Positions 1 to 9,317 of a DNA stretch of 43,608 bases are shown piece after piece; positions within the stretch are counted from its first letter, which is position 1, and each line of letters begins with the position of its first letter. The position numbers and the translations under genes were made by a program. Origin of the DNA: Gemmatimonadota bacterium (lineage in GTDB: Bacteria > Gemmatimonadota > Gemmatimonadetes > Palauibacterales > Palauibacteraceae); assembly GCA_046758745.1 (NCBI GenBank), contig JBHIAV010000024.1, positions 1 through 43,608 of the forward strand, in the 5' to 3' direction. The notes beneath the pieces are model-generated. The model made no database searches. It was not told where the DNA came from and worked only from the letters and a program-made list of their open reading frames with translations.

Positions 1-98
1 ACCGTGGTGGCGGCTTCTTCGAACAGCTCCGGGCTTGCCGCCGATCGCCGCCTCGGCAACCTTCGGGATCGAGATCACTCTACCTACAGGCAGAAGCG

Positions 99-1112
99 AT
101 GAAGACCGCCCTCATCACCGGCATCACCGGCCAGGACGGCTCCTACCTCGCCGAGCTCCTCCTGCGCAAGGGCTACTCGGTGCACGGCATGGTGCGCCGG
201 GCGTCCACGGAGAAGTTCGACCGTATCGCGCACATCAAGGACCGGATCACGCTGCACCAGGCCGACCTGCTCGACCAGCTCTCCATCATCAGCGTGCTCG
301 AGCGCACCGAGCCCGACGAGGTGTACAACCTGGCGGCGCAGTCCTTCGTCCCCACCTCCTGGGAGCAGCCGCTGCTCACCGGGGAGTTCACGGCCCTCGG
401 AGTGACCCGGATGCTGGAGGGGATCCGGCAGGTGAACCGGGAGATCCGCTTCTACCAGGCGTCCTCGTCGGAGATGTTCGGCAAGGTGCGGGAGTCGCCG
501 CAGAACGAGAGCACGCCGTTCTATCCGCGGAGCCCCTACGGTGTGGCCAAGGTGTACGGCCACTTCATCACGGTGAACTACCGGGAGAGCTACGACCTCT
601 TCGCGGTGAGCGGGATCCTGTTCAACCACGAGAGTCCGCGCCGCGGCCTCGAGTTCGTGACCCGGAAGGTGACGCACGGGGTGGCGAAGATCGCCCTCGG
701 GAAGGCCGACGAGCTCCACCTCGGCAACCTGGAGGCGCGGCGTGACTGGGGCTTCGCCGGCGACTACGTGGAGGCGATGTGGATGATGCTTCAGCAGCCG
801 GAGCCGCAGGACTTCGTGGTGGGAACCGGGGTGATGCACTCGGTGGAGGACGTCGTGCGGGTCGCCTTCGAGCACGTCGGGCTCGAGTGGCGCGAGCACG
901 TGGTGCAGCAGCGCGAGCTTTTCCGTCCGGCCGAGGTGGAGCACCTGTGCGCGGACTCCCGGAAGGCCCGGGCGGTGCTGGGGTGGAAGCCCGCCGTCAC
1001 CTTCGAGAAGCTGATCCGAATGATGGTGGACGCCGATCTGGCGCTCCTCGAGGGAGGCGAGGGGGCGTCGCGCTATCTGGAGCTGTCGGCCGCCGAGGCC
1101 TTCCGGAGCTAG
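99..1112 (+). CDS. gmd: GDP-mannose 4,6-dehydratase
   Basis: [12 protein letters not shown] Rossmann motif, QASSSEMFG with catalytic Ser/Glu, YGVAK (YxxxK), [21 protein letters not shown]. Confidence 0.97.
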   Translation: MKTALITGITGQDGSYLAELLLRKGYSVHGMVRRASTEKFDRIAHIKDRITLHQADLLDQLSIISVLERTEPDEVYNLAAQSFVPTSWEQPLLTGEFTALGVTRMLEGIRQVNREIRFYQASSSEMFGKVRESPQNESTPFYPRSPYGVAKVYGHFITVNYRESYDLFAVSGILFNHESPRRGLEFVTRKVTHGVAKIALGKADELHLGNLEARRDWGFAGDYVEAMWMMLQQPEPQDFVVGTGVMHSVEDVVRVAFEHVGLEWREHVVQQRELFRPAEVEHLCADSRKARAVLGWKPAVTFEKLIRMMVDADLALLEGGEGASRYLELSAAEAFRS

Positions 1113-1546
1113 TCGCCCCGGCTCTCGAGCTCCGGAAACGCCTTCAGGATCGCTTCGATGAACCGGTCCAGGTCGGCCACATCGGATCGCAGGAACTCGT
1201 GCACCCTTCGGTCGTCCACTTCGGCGTACACGTGTACCAGCAGGTTGCGAAAGCGGGCCATCTTCTCGAGGCGGTCGCGGAGGTCGCGCTCGATCAGGCT
1301 GGCCTCTGCGAGCGATCGGAAGGCGTCGGCGTAGTCGGAGGGAGCGCGAAGGCCTTCCGAGGCGATCACATGGTTCGCCATTGACAGGGCATCCTCGATC
1401 GCGGTGATAAGGAGGTATTTCGAGGCGTGAATCTGCTGGGGATCCGCCAGGTACGCCTCGACGCCGAGGCCTGAGTAAAGCTCCAGCTCGCGCAGGTGAG
1501 ACTGGAGGCGGGACAAGAGTAGCCGGAGCCGATGCGGGTCAACCAC
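1109..1546 (-). CDS. hepT: HEPN (DUF86) RNase toxin, HepT-like
   Basis: RNLLVHVY = RX4HXY HEPN motif; ~145 aa from GTG 1546, which overlaps the stop of the upstream MNT gene. Confidence 0.88.
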   Translation of the reverse strand: MVDPHRLRLLLSRLQSHLRELELYSGLGVEAYLADPQQIHASKYLLITAIEDALSMANHVIASEGLRAPSDYADAFRSLAEASLIERDLRDRLEKMARFRNLLVHVYAEVDDRRVHEFLRSDVADLDRFIEAILKAFPELESRGD

Positions 1547-1997
1547 GGGCGTTCCGCTGGCGCAGCGCCCGCAGGGCTTCCCACGTGCCCGCACGCTCGA
1601 AAGGCAGGAAATCGTGGTATTCCATTCTCGCCCGCACCTCCTCCGCCACGCGGCGGGCCGGGTTGCGGTCCAACACCCGGCTGCCCTCGCTCACCACACG
1701 ACCGCGTACGGCCACCGGAAGCTCGTCGAACAGCCGCACCTCGACGCGAAGACCGGAGCAGCCACGCTCCAGGAGGGTGATGAGCTCGCGGATCAGCTCG
1801 CCACGCCTCCCGTCCGGGACGTGTTCCTCTGGAAGCACGGCGACGTCGACATCGCTGATCGGCGTTGCCCCGCCGCGAGCGGCGGAGCCATACAGATAGG
1901 CCGCGGCAACTTCCCGGTGCCCGGACAGGGCGTCCGCGATCGCGCGGCTCAGCTCATCGATGCCTCGGGCCGGTTCGGTTCCCACGCACATCAACAT
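1539..1997 (-). CDS. mntA: Minimal nucleotidyltransferase (MNT) antitoxin, MntA-like
   Basis: YLYGSAARGGATPISDVD = GSX10DXD motif; directly upstream of and overlapping the HEPN gene. Confidence 0.88.
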   Translation of the reverse strand: MLMCVGTEPARGIDELSRAIADALSGHREVAAAYLYGSAARGGATPISDVDVAVLPEEHVPDGRRGELIRELITLLERGCSGLRVEVRLFDELPVAVRGRVVSEGSRVLDRNPARRVAEEVRARMEYHDFLPFERAGTWEALRALRQRNARG

Positions 1998-2090
1998 GGC
2001 CGGCGGGCAGTTGAGCGCGCAACGGCGCCCGGCGCCGCGCTGGCCTGCCGATGCCCGCTCCAGCCGGCCCGCGCCGCTTCAGCGTGCCCG

Positions 2091-2161
2091 GCCTGACTCC
2101 GGCCGGCCCAGCCTGACTCCGACCGGCCCAGCCTGACTCCGACCGGCCCAGCCCTGACTCC
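2091..2161. repeat. Tandem repeat, 20-bp unit GCCTGACTCCG(A/G)CCGGCCCA, about 3.5 copies
   Basis: Copies at 2091, 2111 and 2131 plus a degenerate partial copy at 2151; no spacers. Confidence 0.9.
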
Positions 2162-2369
2162 TGCCTGGCGCCCGGCTCCGCTCCAGCCTCCCCCCCGTTG
2201 ATCCGCTGTTGAGACCCCGCCCGCATGGTGTACCGGTGATGCCTTGCGGCTCGGAAGGTGAACCAGGATCCGGTCCGTACGGCGGGCGAGCGCGTGCCAG
2301 CCGGACCCCCCCGGGCGGCGGGTCTCGGGACGCGCGCGGCTCCCGCCCGAGAGGCCAGGGGGTGCCGAA

Positions 2370-3482
2370 ATGGGCTACCTGATGTTGCCGGATGAGGACC
2401 GCGTCCACTACCCGCCCCAGCCGAAGACCGTCCTCATCGTGGGGATCGCGGGGCAGGATGGCTCGTATCTCGCGGAGCACCTCTTGGCGCTCGGGCATCG
2501 CGTGCACGGGACCGTCCGGCGCGAGCCCGCGGAGATCCACGAGCGACTCCGGCACATCCGCGAGGACATCACGCTCCACCACTTGGATCTGCTCGACGGC
2601 CGCCCCCTGACGCAGATGCTCGAGGAGGTGCAGCCGGAGAGGGTGTTCAACCTCGCGGGAGTGCCCTCCGCGGCGTGGTCGTATCGTCGGCCCGTGTACT
2701 GCGCGGAGCTTGACGGCCTCGGTGTGACCCGGCTGCTGGAGGCGATCCGTCAGGCGAATCCCCGCATACGCCTCTTCCAGGCTTCCTCGTCGGCCATCTT
2801 CGGCTCCGGCCCTCCCGGTGGCTCACCCCGGGACGAAGAAGCGCCGATCCATCCGCGGAGCCCGTACGGGATCGCCAAGGCGTACGCCCACTTCATCACG
2901 GCGCACTACCGGGAGCGCTACGATCTGTATGCCGTGAACGGCATCCTCTTTCCGCACACGAGTCCCCGCCAATCCCTGCACCACTTCACGCGCAGGATCA
3001 CCTTCGCCGCGGCGCGGGCGCGGCTCGGAGAAACGAGCGAGCTGGTCCTGGGCGACCTCGCGGGGAGGCTGGATCTCGGCTTCGCCGGCGACTACGCGGA
3101 AGCCATGTGGGGAGCCCTCCAGCCCTCCAGCCCGAGCGACTACGTGATCGGGACGGGAGCGGCTCATTCCGTGGCCGAGCTCGTGGGGATGGCCTTCGAC
3201 TACGTGGGCATCGACTGGCGCGAGCACGTGTCGGTGGATCCCTCCGGCCCGGTCGAGCAGGCGGAGGGCCTGCTGGCCGACTCGGGCAGGGCGTCGTGCG
3301 CCTTCGGCTGGCGACCCAAAGTCGGCTGCGAGCAGCTCATCCAGGCGATGATCGTGTCGGAGTTCTACCGCCTGGAGACCGTCCGTCGCGACCCGTGGCG
3401 CTACGTCGCTTCCACGACGGCGGCGGCCATCCGCGGTCCGCGGCCCAACTGGCCTCTCGGGAAGAAGCGGAGATTCGGCTGA
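2370..3482 (+). CDS. Divergent GDP-mannose 4,6-dehydratase paralog (SDR family)
   Basis: [17 protein letters not shown] and GFAGDYAEAMW are colinear with gmd, but QASSSAIFG lacks the catalytic Glu and HESPRRG has become HTSPRQS. Confidence 0.85.
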   Translation: MGYLMLPDEDRVHYPPQPKTVLIVGIAGQDGSYLAEHLLALGHRVHGTVRREPAEIHERLRHIREDITLHHLDLLDGRPLTQMLEEVQPERVFNLAGVPSAAWSYRRPVYCAELDGLGVTRLLEAIRQANPRIRLFQASSSAIFGSGPPGGSPRDEEAPIHPRSPYGIAKAYAHFITAHYRERYDLYAVNGILFPHTSPRQSLHHFTRRITFAAARARLGETSELVLGDLAGRLDLGFAGDYAEAMWGALQPSSPSDYVIGTGAAHSVAELVGMAFDYVGIDWREHVSVDPSGPVEQAEGLLADSGRASCAFGWRPKVGCEQLIQAMIVSEFYRLETVRRDPWRYVASTTAAAIRGPRPNWPLGKKRRFG

Positions 3483-3728
3483 CACCCGGGCAGCGGGCCA
3501 TTCGGGACCGAACGGCGATCATCCCCCACGATCTCGATCGACGCTTGACGCCGGCTTGGGAGGGCTGCAGCCTGGCCCACATCCTGCTGGTCGGCCCTCG
3601 CGTCAGTGACGTCGTACGTCCCGTCGTCGTCCCCGGAGTGCGAGGCGGAGACGGTGGAGGAGCCGAGAAGCCGGCCCCTTCGGAGGCTCGAGAGACCCGG
3701 GAGGCGGGGAGATTTCGGGAGACGAGAC

Positions 3729-3757
3729 TTGCCATTTTCCATGCAAAGAGCGATACT
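3729..3757 (+). promoter_or_regulatory. Putative sigma70 promoter of the priming glycosyltransferase gene
   Basis: TTGCCA-N17-GATACT in a locally AT-rich intergenic patch about 100 nt upstream of ATG 3854. Confidence 0.5.
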
Positions 3758-3853
3758 TACAAGCCTCTGTCCCCCCATTCCGCGCGAAGCAGATCGGGTA
3801 GCCTGGCCTTCCAGGCGGGCGCGCAGTTTCCTTTTTCCGCGCGGGTCTCGACC

Positions 3854-5335
3854 ATGATAGGCACGGCGAAGGTTCAGGAATCGGAGCCCGCCCTCCGTCG
3901 CGGCCCGGTGCGCTTCGATCTCCGGCCCCAGCGGGATGCCTGTACGCGCCGCCTGTGGCGAGAGCGGACCCGTCGAGTGCTGCGCGTCAGCTCTCTGATC
4001 GGCGGCGAGCTGGTGGGAGGCGCGGTCGCGCTCTTTCTCGCTCTCGCGATCTCCGGCGGGTGGACGCGCGCATCGGCGGTGTGGCCCGTCCTCTACCCGC
4101 TGTTCATGCTCCTGGCCATGGGGGGGCAGGCGGCCCTGCACACCTACGGGCCGAACCGGGCGAGGCGCAGCTACACGCGGGCCATCCTGGGTGCCGGCCT
4201 CGCGGTCATCGGACTCCTGCTGGCGGGACTCGCCTATCCGGAGTTCCGCCTCTCGGCAGACGAGTACGCCCTCCTTGCCGTGGCGGCGGGCGTCTTCTTC
4301 GCGGGTGTTCGGATGCTGGTGGAGCGGGTCATCCGGGAGATCTATCGCCGGGGGATCGGCCGGAAGCCCACCCTCATCATCGGCGAGCACGAGGCGGCGT
4401 GGGAGATCCTGGTCCACCTCATCGCCTCGGAGGAGCGACGGGTCCAGGTGGTGGGCCATCTGGCGCCCGAGCCGGTGAACGATCCCACGGCGCTCGGCGG
4501 ACTGGACATGCTCGGCGAGCTGATCGAGAGGCACGACATCCGCAGCGTGATCGTCTCGGCTCACCTGGAAGCGAGCCGTTTCCAGGAGGTCGTGCGGCGC
4601 TGCCTGACACACGGAACCTCGGTCAGCGTCGTCCCGGCCACGCTCAGCGAGCTTCCATGCCGCTTCGCCAGCCATGAGCTCCTCGGCTGGCCCCTCATCG
4701 AGCTGGAGGTGCCGCGGCTCCACCTGCTTCAGGTCGCTCTCAAGCGCACGGTTGACATTATGGTCTCGCTGGCCGGGATCCTGCTGCTGTCGCCGCTGTG
4801 GATCCTCATCGCGCTCGCGGTGCGACTCGACTCACCCGGGCCGATCCTCTTCCGTCAGCGGCGGCTCGGGCTCAGCGGTCGGCCCTTCACCATCTACAAG
4901 TTTCGGAGCATGCGGGCCGACGCCGAGGCGCGGCTCAAGGCGGATTCCCGCCTGTACCGCAGGTACGTGGAGAACCACTTCAAGCTTCCCCCCGAAGAGG
5001 ACCCCCGTATCACTCGGCTCGGCGCGTTCCTCCGCAAGACGAGCCTGGACGAGATCCCCCAGCTTCTGAACGTCCTCCTCGGGGGCATGTCGCTCGTGGG
5101 TCCGCGGCCCATCGTACCGAAGGAGATCAAGAACTACGGGGACGAGGCGACGGTGTTCCTGGCCGTGAGGCCGGGCCTTACCGGCTACTGGCAGATCAAC
5201 GGCAGGAGCGGGGTCGGCTACCCCGAACGTGCCGAGCTGGATATCGACTACATCAAGAACTGGTCGCTGGGGACCGATCTGAAGATTCTGCTCCAGACGG
5301 TTCCCGCCGTCCTCCGGAAACAGGGAGCCCACTGA
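3854..5335 (+). CDS. Priming polyprenyl-phosphate glycosylphosphotransferase (WcaJ/WbaP family)
   Basis: N-terminal TM helices, CoA-binding-like middle domain, C-terminal KFRSM...[37 protein letters not shown]...PGLTGYWQ; start taken at ATG 3854 within ORF 3107..5335. Confidence 0.92.
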   Translation: MIGTAKVQESEPALRRGPVRFDLRPQRDACTRRLWRERTRRVLRVSSLIGGELVGGAVALFLALAISGGWTRASAVWPVLYPLFMLLAMGGQAALHTYGPNRARRSYTRAILGAGLAVIGLLLAGLAYPEFRLSADEYALLAVAAGVFFAGVRMLVERVIREIYRRGIGRKPTLIIGEHEAAWEILVHLIASEERRVQVVGHLAPEPVNDPTALGGLDMLGELIERHDIRSVIVSAHLEASRFQEVVRRCLTHGTSVSVVPATLSELPCRFASHELLGWPLIELEVPRLHLLQVALKRTVDIMVSLAGILLLSPLWILIALAVRLDSPGPILFRQRRLGLSGRPFTIYKFRSMRADAEARLKADSRLYRRYVENHFKLPPEEDPRITRLGAFLRKTSLDEIPQLLNVLLGGMSLVGPRPIVPKEIKNYGDEATVFLAVRPGLTGYWQINGRSGVGYPERAELDIDYIKNWSLGTDLKILLQTVPAVLRKQGAH

Positions 5336-6494
5336 CCGGCTCCATTCCCTGAGCCCCCCCGGCAGCCACCCGTCCGAACGACCGCCGGGCGACCGCGGCA
5401 CCCGGCCGGCTCTCCAGTAACCGCTCGATGCTCGCGCGCATGCGCTCCTTGAAGACGGCGCGGTCGAAGCCGCGAGCATGCTCGCGGATGCGCTCGGAGG
5501 AGAACCTCCCTTCCTCCGCCTCGAAGCGCCGCACAGCCTCGCACAGCGCCTCCGGCGTCTGCTCGTCGAAGAAGAGTCCGGTGACCCCGTCCACCACGGT
5601 CTCACGCGCTCCACCTCTGCCGAAGGCGATCACCGGGCGGCCCGCGGCCATGGCCTCGACCGGCACGATCCCGAAGTCCTCCTCACCGGGGAAGATCAGG
5701 GCGCGGCAGCGGGCGTAGTGATCGCGGATGGCAGCGAAGGGCTGGCGACCGAGCAGACGCACGGTCGGCCCGGCGAGCCGGCGGAGGCCGGCCAGCTCCT
5801 CCCCCTCGCCGATCACCACGAGCGGCTTCCCGAGTCGGTTGAACGCCTCCACCGCGAGGTCCGGCCGCTTGTAGCGCACCAGCTCGCTCAGAAAGAGGAA
5901 GTTGTCGTCCGTCTCGGCGGAGGTGGTGAAGCTTTCCGTGTCGACGGGCGGCGGGATGACCTCCGCCTCCCGCCGGTAGTACTTCCGCACGCGCCGGCTC
6001 ACGTGCTCGGAGTTGCAGATGAAATGGTCCACGCGCGCGGCGGCCGTGACGTCCCACATCCGCAGGTAGTGGATGATCGGCCGCATCAGCCACCGGGTGA
6101 GAGCGCTCGCCCCGGCCAGATAATCGGGGTACATGTCCCACACATAGCGCATCGTGCTGTGGCAGTAGCAGACGTGGAGGCTGCCGGGAGAGGTGATCAC
6201 GCCCTTGGCCGGTCCGGATTCGCTGCTGATCACCAGGTCGTACGCCCGGAGGTCGAGCTGCTCGAGCGCCAGGGGCATGAGCGGCAGGTACTTCCGATAG
6301 CGCCTGACGGCGTTCGGCAATCGCCCGATGAAGGTCGTCCGGACGCGGTGCCGGCGGATGGTCTCGGAGACGGCCTCGGGGTCGTACACGTGCGTGAAGA
6401 TGTCGGCCTCGGGGAAGATCTCGCAGAGGCTCTCGAGCACTCGCTCCCCGCCGCGCATGCGTACGAGCCAGTAGTGGACCAGTGCGACTCTCAT
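5253..6494 (-). CDS. Glycosyltransferase family 4 (GT-B), probable mannosyl/hexosyltransferase
   Basis: MRVALVHYWLVRMRGGERV N-terminus, YKRPDLAV, EEDFGIVPVEAMAAGRPVIA (EX7E). Confidence 0.92.
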   Translation of the reverse strand: MRVALVHYWLVRMRGGERVLESLCEIFPEADIFTHVYDPEAVSETIRRHRVRTTFIGRLPNAVRRYRKYLPLMPLALEQLDLRAYDLVISSESGPAKGVITSPGSLHVCYCHSTMRYVWDMYPDYLAGASALTRWLMRPIIHYLRMWDVTAAARVDHFICNSEHVSRRVRKYYRREAEVIPPPVDTESFTTSAETDDNFLFLSELVRYKRPDLAVEAFNRLGKPLVVIGEGEELAGLRRLAGPTVRLLGRQPFAAIRDHYARCRALIFPGEEDFGIVPVEAMAAGRPVIAFGRGGARETVVDGVTGLFFDEQTPEALCEAVRRFEAEEGRFSSERIREHARGFDRAVFKERMRASIERLLESRPGAAVARRSFGRVAAGGAQGMEPVSGLPVSGGRREPSGAESSDRSPATSS

Positions 6495-7387
6495 CCCGCC
6501 TTCTCCCGCGCTTCCACGCTCCGCGTCTTGGCTCGCGATTCGCTCGGCGCCGTCGTCCGCTCCACGGCCAGCCAGCTTCCGAGGTCTCGGCCCAGCGCCT
6601 CCTCCAGCCGCTCGACGTCCGGTCGGAAGATCCGCAGGAGCCTCGAACGGGTCTCGGGACGCATCTTCGGGCGATCCGCCTCCTCGAACGGCGAGTATAG
6701 CCAGTGGGTCGCGGCGCTCCGCTTGACCGTTCCGACCAGACCGGGGAGCCCGAGCCGCCTCGCCGCGTTGGCGCCCAGCTTCGCGAGCCGTGCGGCCAGG
6801 AAGCTTCGCGGCCGGCTCGCGGGGAGCACCTTCCTCTCGTACTCGATCTCGACCGACGCGTCGAGGCCCAGGAAGACGAACACGTCCGCGGCGAACGCCC
6901 GCGAGTCGGCCACCAGGTCATCGAAGAGGAAGAGGCCGAGACGATCCCGCTCGAAGAGCTCCAGGTACACGCTCAGGTGCTTGTAGTAGAGGCTGTTCCC
7001 GGTCAGCTCCGGGTATTCCTCCAGGGCCTCCTCGAAGCCGACCCGGGTGCGGCCGCTCCGGATCATGTACAGATACTGCGAGAACGTGCGATCGGCCGGG
7101 TCTCGCAGGAAGGTGAGAAGCCGGACGCCCGGAAGATCGGCCGCGATCCGCTCCGCCGCCTGCTGCGAGAAGAAGTAATCGTGGGACAGCTCTCCGACGG
7201 CCCGCGCGTCCGCCGGCGCTTCCCGGAAGAAGCCGAGGTACCAGTCCATCCCGCGCCCGTAGTGCCGGTCGAAGAAATAGATGTCCTTGATCGCCGGCAC
7301 GTAGCACTGGGGATGCTGACGCAGCATCTCGTGGAGCCAGGTGGAGCCGGTCTTGTCCGGTCCGATGAAGAGGAACGTCGGTTGCAT
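6491..7387 (-). CDS. PAPS-dependent sulfotransferase (Sulfotransfer_1; heparan sulfate ST-like)
   Basis: 5'-PSB loop IGPDKTGSTWL, FFDRHYGRGMDWY, 3'-PB motif LRDPADRTFSQY. Confidence 0.9.
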   Translation of the reverse strand: MQPTFLFIGPDKTGSTWLHEMLRQHPQCYVPAIKDIYFFDRHYGRGMDWYLGFFREAPADARAVGELSHDYFFSQQAAERIAADLPGVRLLTFLRDPADRTFSQYLYMIRSGRTRVGFEEALEEYPELTGNSLYYKHLSVYLELFERDRLGLFLFDDLVADSRAFAADVFVFLGLDASVEIEYERKVLPASRPRSFLAARLAKLGANAARRLGLPGLVGTVKRSAATHWLYSPFEEADRPKMRPETRSRLLRIFRPDVERLEEALGRDLGSWLAVERTTAPSESRAKTRSVEAREKAG

Positions 7388-7405
7388 GAGACTCGCCCCT
7401 CCGGG

Positions 7406-8359
7406 TCAGCGCGCGTCGCGGTTCCGGCCGCTCACGATCTCATAAAGGTACCTGCCGTACACCAGCGGCGTGGGTCGTACGTGACGGACCACGCTCCTCG
7501 CCGCGAGCTTTGCCGCCGGCCATCTCCCATGCGCCGTTGAACGCAGGAGATCGAAGCTCGAGCGCGCCACGAGGTGTGCGCGAAACTCGGCGATCTCTCT
7601 CGCCGAGAAGCCACGGCCGATCGCGAAACGCTCGAACAGCCTCACCCGATCCACGGTCAGCTCTCCAGTCGCCAGGTTGCGCCTGGTGAGGTTCGCCTGG
7701 TGGAGTCGGCGGCGCAGAAAGGGACGCCGGAGGTATACGATCCTGCCGAGCTCGGAGGCCCGGAGGTTGAAGTCGACGTCCGCCGCGTGCCCGAAGGCGG
7801 GATCGTACCCGCCGAGCCGGTCGAACACCGAGCGCCTGTACATCACGGCCGAGGGCTCACCGATCACGTTTCCGTTTCTGAGACAGAGCCGGATGGCATC
7901 TTGGCCCTCCAGGACGTAGCGCTCCTCGCGCAGGAAGATGTTCGCGCGGTCGTTGACCGCCCGCCGGGGCTCCGCGGTCGACCCGTCTTCGTCGATGAAG
8001 GAGCGCGCGCAGGCACACAGCACCACCTCCGGGTCTGAAGCCAGAACCTCTGCGTACGCGGCGAACATGCCGGGCGCCAGAAGGTCGTCGTGGCCGAGCA
8101 GTATCACCAGTTCGCCTGTGCTCCGCCGCACCGCCGCGTTCCAGTTGCCGACCATCCCCAGGTTCGTGGCGTTCCACGCGAAGGTGATCGGAGCGGACGC
8201 GTAGGCCTGAACCAGCGGCCCGTAGTCGACCTCCGAGGCATCGTCGGAGAGGATCACCTCCAGCTCGAAGTCTCCCTCCTGAGCGAGCACGGACTCGATC
8301 GTGCGCCTCAGGTACTCGACCGGTGAGTTGTAGACCGGGATGGAGACGCTGATCTTCAC
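7406..8359 (-). CDS. Glycosyltransferase family 2
   Basis: ISVSIPVYN, ILSDDAS, NLGMVGNWN, LGHDDLL, IGEPSAVMYRR. Confidence 0.9.
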   Translation of the reverse strand: MKISVSIPVYNSPVEYLRRTIESVLAQEGDFELEVILSDDASEVDYGPLVQAYASAPITFAWNATNLGMVGNWNAAVRRSTGELVILLGHDDLLAPGMFAAYAEVLASDPEVVLCACARSFIDEDGSTAEPRRAVNDRANIFLREERYVLEGQDAIRLCLRNGNVIGEPSAVMYRRSVFDRLGGYDPAFGHAADVDFNLRASELGRIVYLRRPFLRRRLHQANLTRRNLATGELTVDRVRLFERFAIGRGFSAREIAEFRAHLVARSSFDLLRSTAHGRWPAAKLAARSVVRHVRPTPLVYGRYLYEIVSGRNRDAR

Positions 8360-8369
8360 GGGCGCCCGC

Positions 8370-9317
8370 CTACGCCTTCTCGTCCAGGGCGAAGCTCTCT
8401 TCCGGATAGAGCCCGAGCGCTACATCCCCCGTGATCTCGAACACCCTCCGGCGCTTCTCGCGCTCGAGCATCCGGAGGCGGCGCTCGAAGAGACCGGTGC
8501 TGTCCCGGCGGAAGTCCTGCACGCGGCCGCCCTTCGCCTCGACCGGGTTGTGGCTGCCCGTCCGGGCGCGGATCCGCTTCTCCACCCGCATTGACCAGGA
8601 GAGGCCGTGGCGCTCGTAGAGCCGTCGGAGCTGCTTCACCGGTTCCCGGCTGACGTCCTCGTGCCGGAGGAGCTCCCACCCCGGATGTGCCTCGGCCTGG
8701 GCGAGGAGGACCTTGTTCAGCGCGCGCCACAGCGCCGCCGCCTGCTCGACGGGGTTCTCCCGGCGCGCCTCCAGAAAGGCCCCGTCGTCCGCGAAGTGGT
8801 CCTCCACCAGATGCGGCTGATCGCGGATCGGTTCCAGGGAGAGCCGCCACCCCAGGCGCAGAACGCTTGCCACGAAGGCCACCGGATGGCGAACGAGGAT
8901 CACCGGCTTGATGCGGTACTCGTCGGCCAGATAGGCGGCCAGCAGACAGCCGATGGGGTCCTTGATGACCGCCGCCCGGTGGAACGGGTTGAGCTTCGCG
9001 AGTCGGAGGTGGAACGGGCCGCGCGACCCGACCAGCCGCTTCACGAGCCGCCGGAGGCGGGGATCATTGGGATAGTAGCCGGTGCGCAGCCGAAAGTCGT
9101 ACCGGAAGATGGCGGCGATAGTCGCTCGCAGCCGCTCGGCCTCCTCGCTGCCCCTTCTCAGGTAGAGAAAGCGTCGGTCGATGCCGGGGATCCCGCAGTC
9201 GGGGTTGAAGGGCTCGTGGATGTAGTCCACGCTCAGGGGTGCGCTCAGGAGCCGACCGACGAAGGTGGTTCCGCTGCGCGGAGCGCCGGTCACGAAGATC
9301 CAGTTGTCGATCTTCAT
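8370..9317 (-). CDS. PAPS-dependent sulfotransferase (Sulfotransfer_3-like)
   Basis: FVTGAPRSGTTFVG PSB loop, HEPFN, IKDP, LVRHPVAFVAS 3'-PB motif, LRHED. Confidence 0.88.
   Translation of the reverse strand: MKIDNWIFVTGAPRSGTTFVGRLLSAPLSVDYIHEPFNPDCGIPGIDRRFLYLRRGSEEAERLRATIAAIFRYDFRLRTGYYPNDPRLRRLVKRLVGSRGPFHLRLAKLNPFHRAAVIKDPIGCLLAAYLADEYRIKPVILVRHPVAFVASVLRLGWRLSLEPIRDQPHLVEDHFADDGAFLEARRENPVEQAAALWRALNKVLLAQAEAHPGWELLRHEDVSREPVKQLRRLYERHGLSWSMRVEKRIRARTGSHNPVEAKGGRVQDFRRDSTGLFERRLRMLEREKRRRVFEITGDVALGLYPEESFALDEKA

Noticed and set aside
1-102. Open frame ending in an ATGA overlap with gmd
   Set aside because: Too short and without recognisable motifs to call a gene from this window
2091-2161. 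Possible CRISPR array
   Set aside because: Units are directly adjacent with no unique spacers and no cas genes; it is a simple tandem repeat
3793-3806. ops/JUMPstart-like element (ATCGGGTAGCCTGG) upstream of the priming transferase
   Set aside because: Only a partial match to GGCGGTAGnnTG and no RfaH/UpxY gene in the window
3107-3853. N-terminal extension making the priming transferase 742 aa
   Set aside because: Overlaps the gmd paralog, is low-complexity, and contains a likely promoter; ATG 3854 gives a typical length
5253-5335. 83-nt convergent overlap of the GT4 and priming transferase 3' ends
   Set aside because: The GT4 tail is low-complexity read-through typical of GC-rich genomes; no evidence of function
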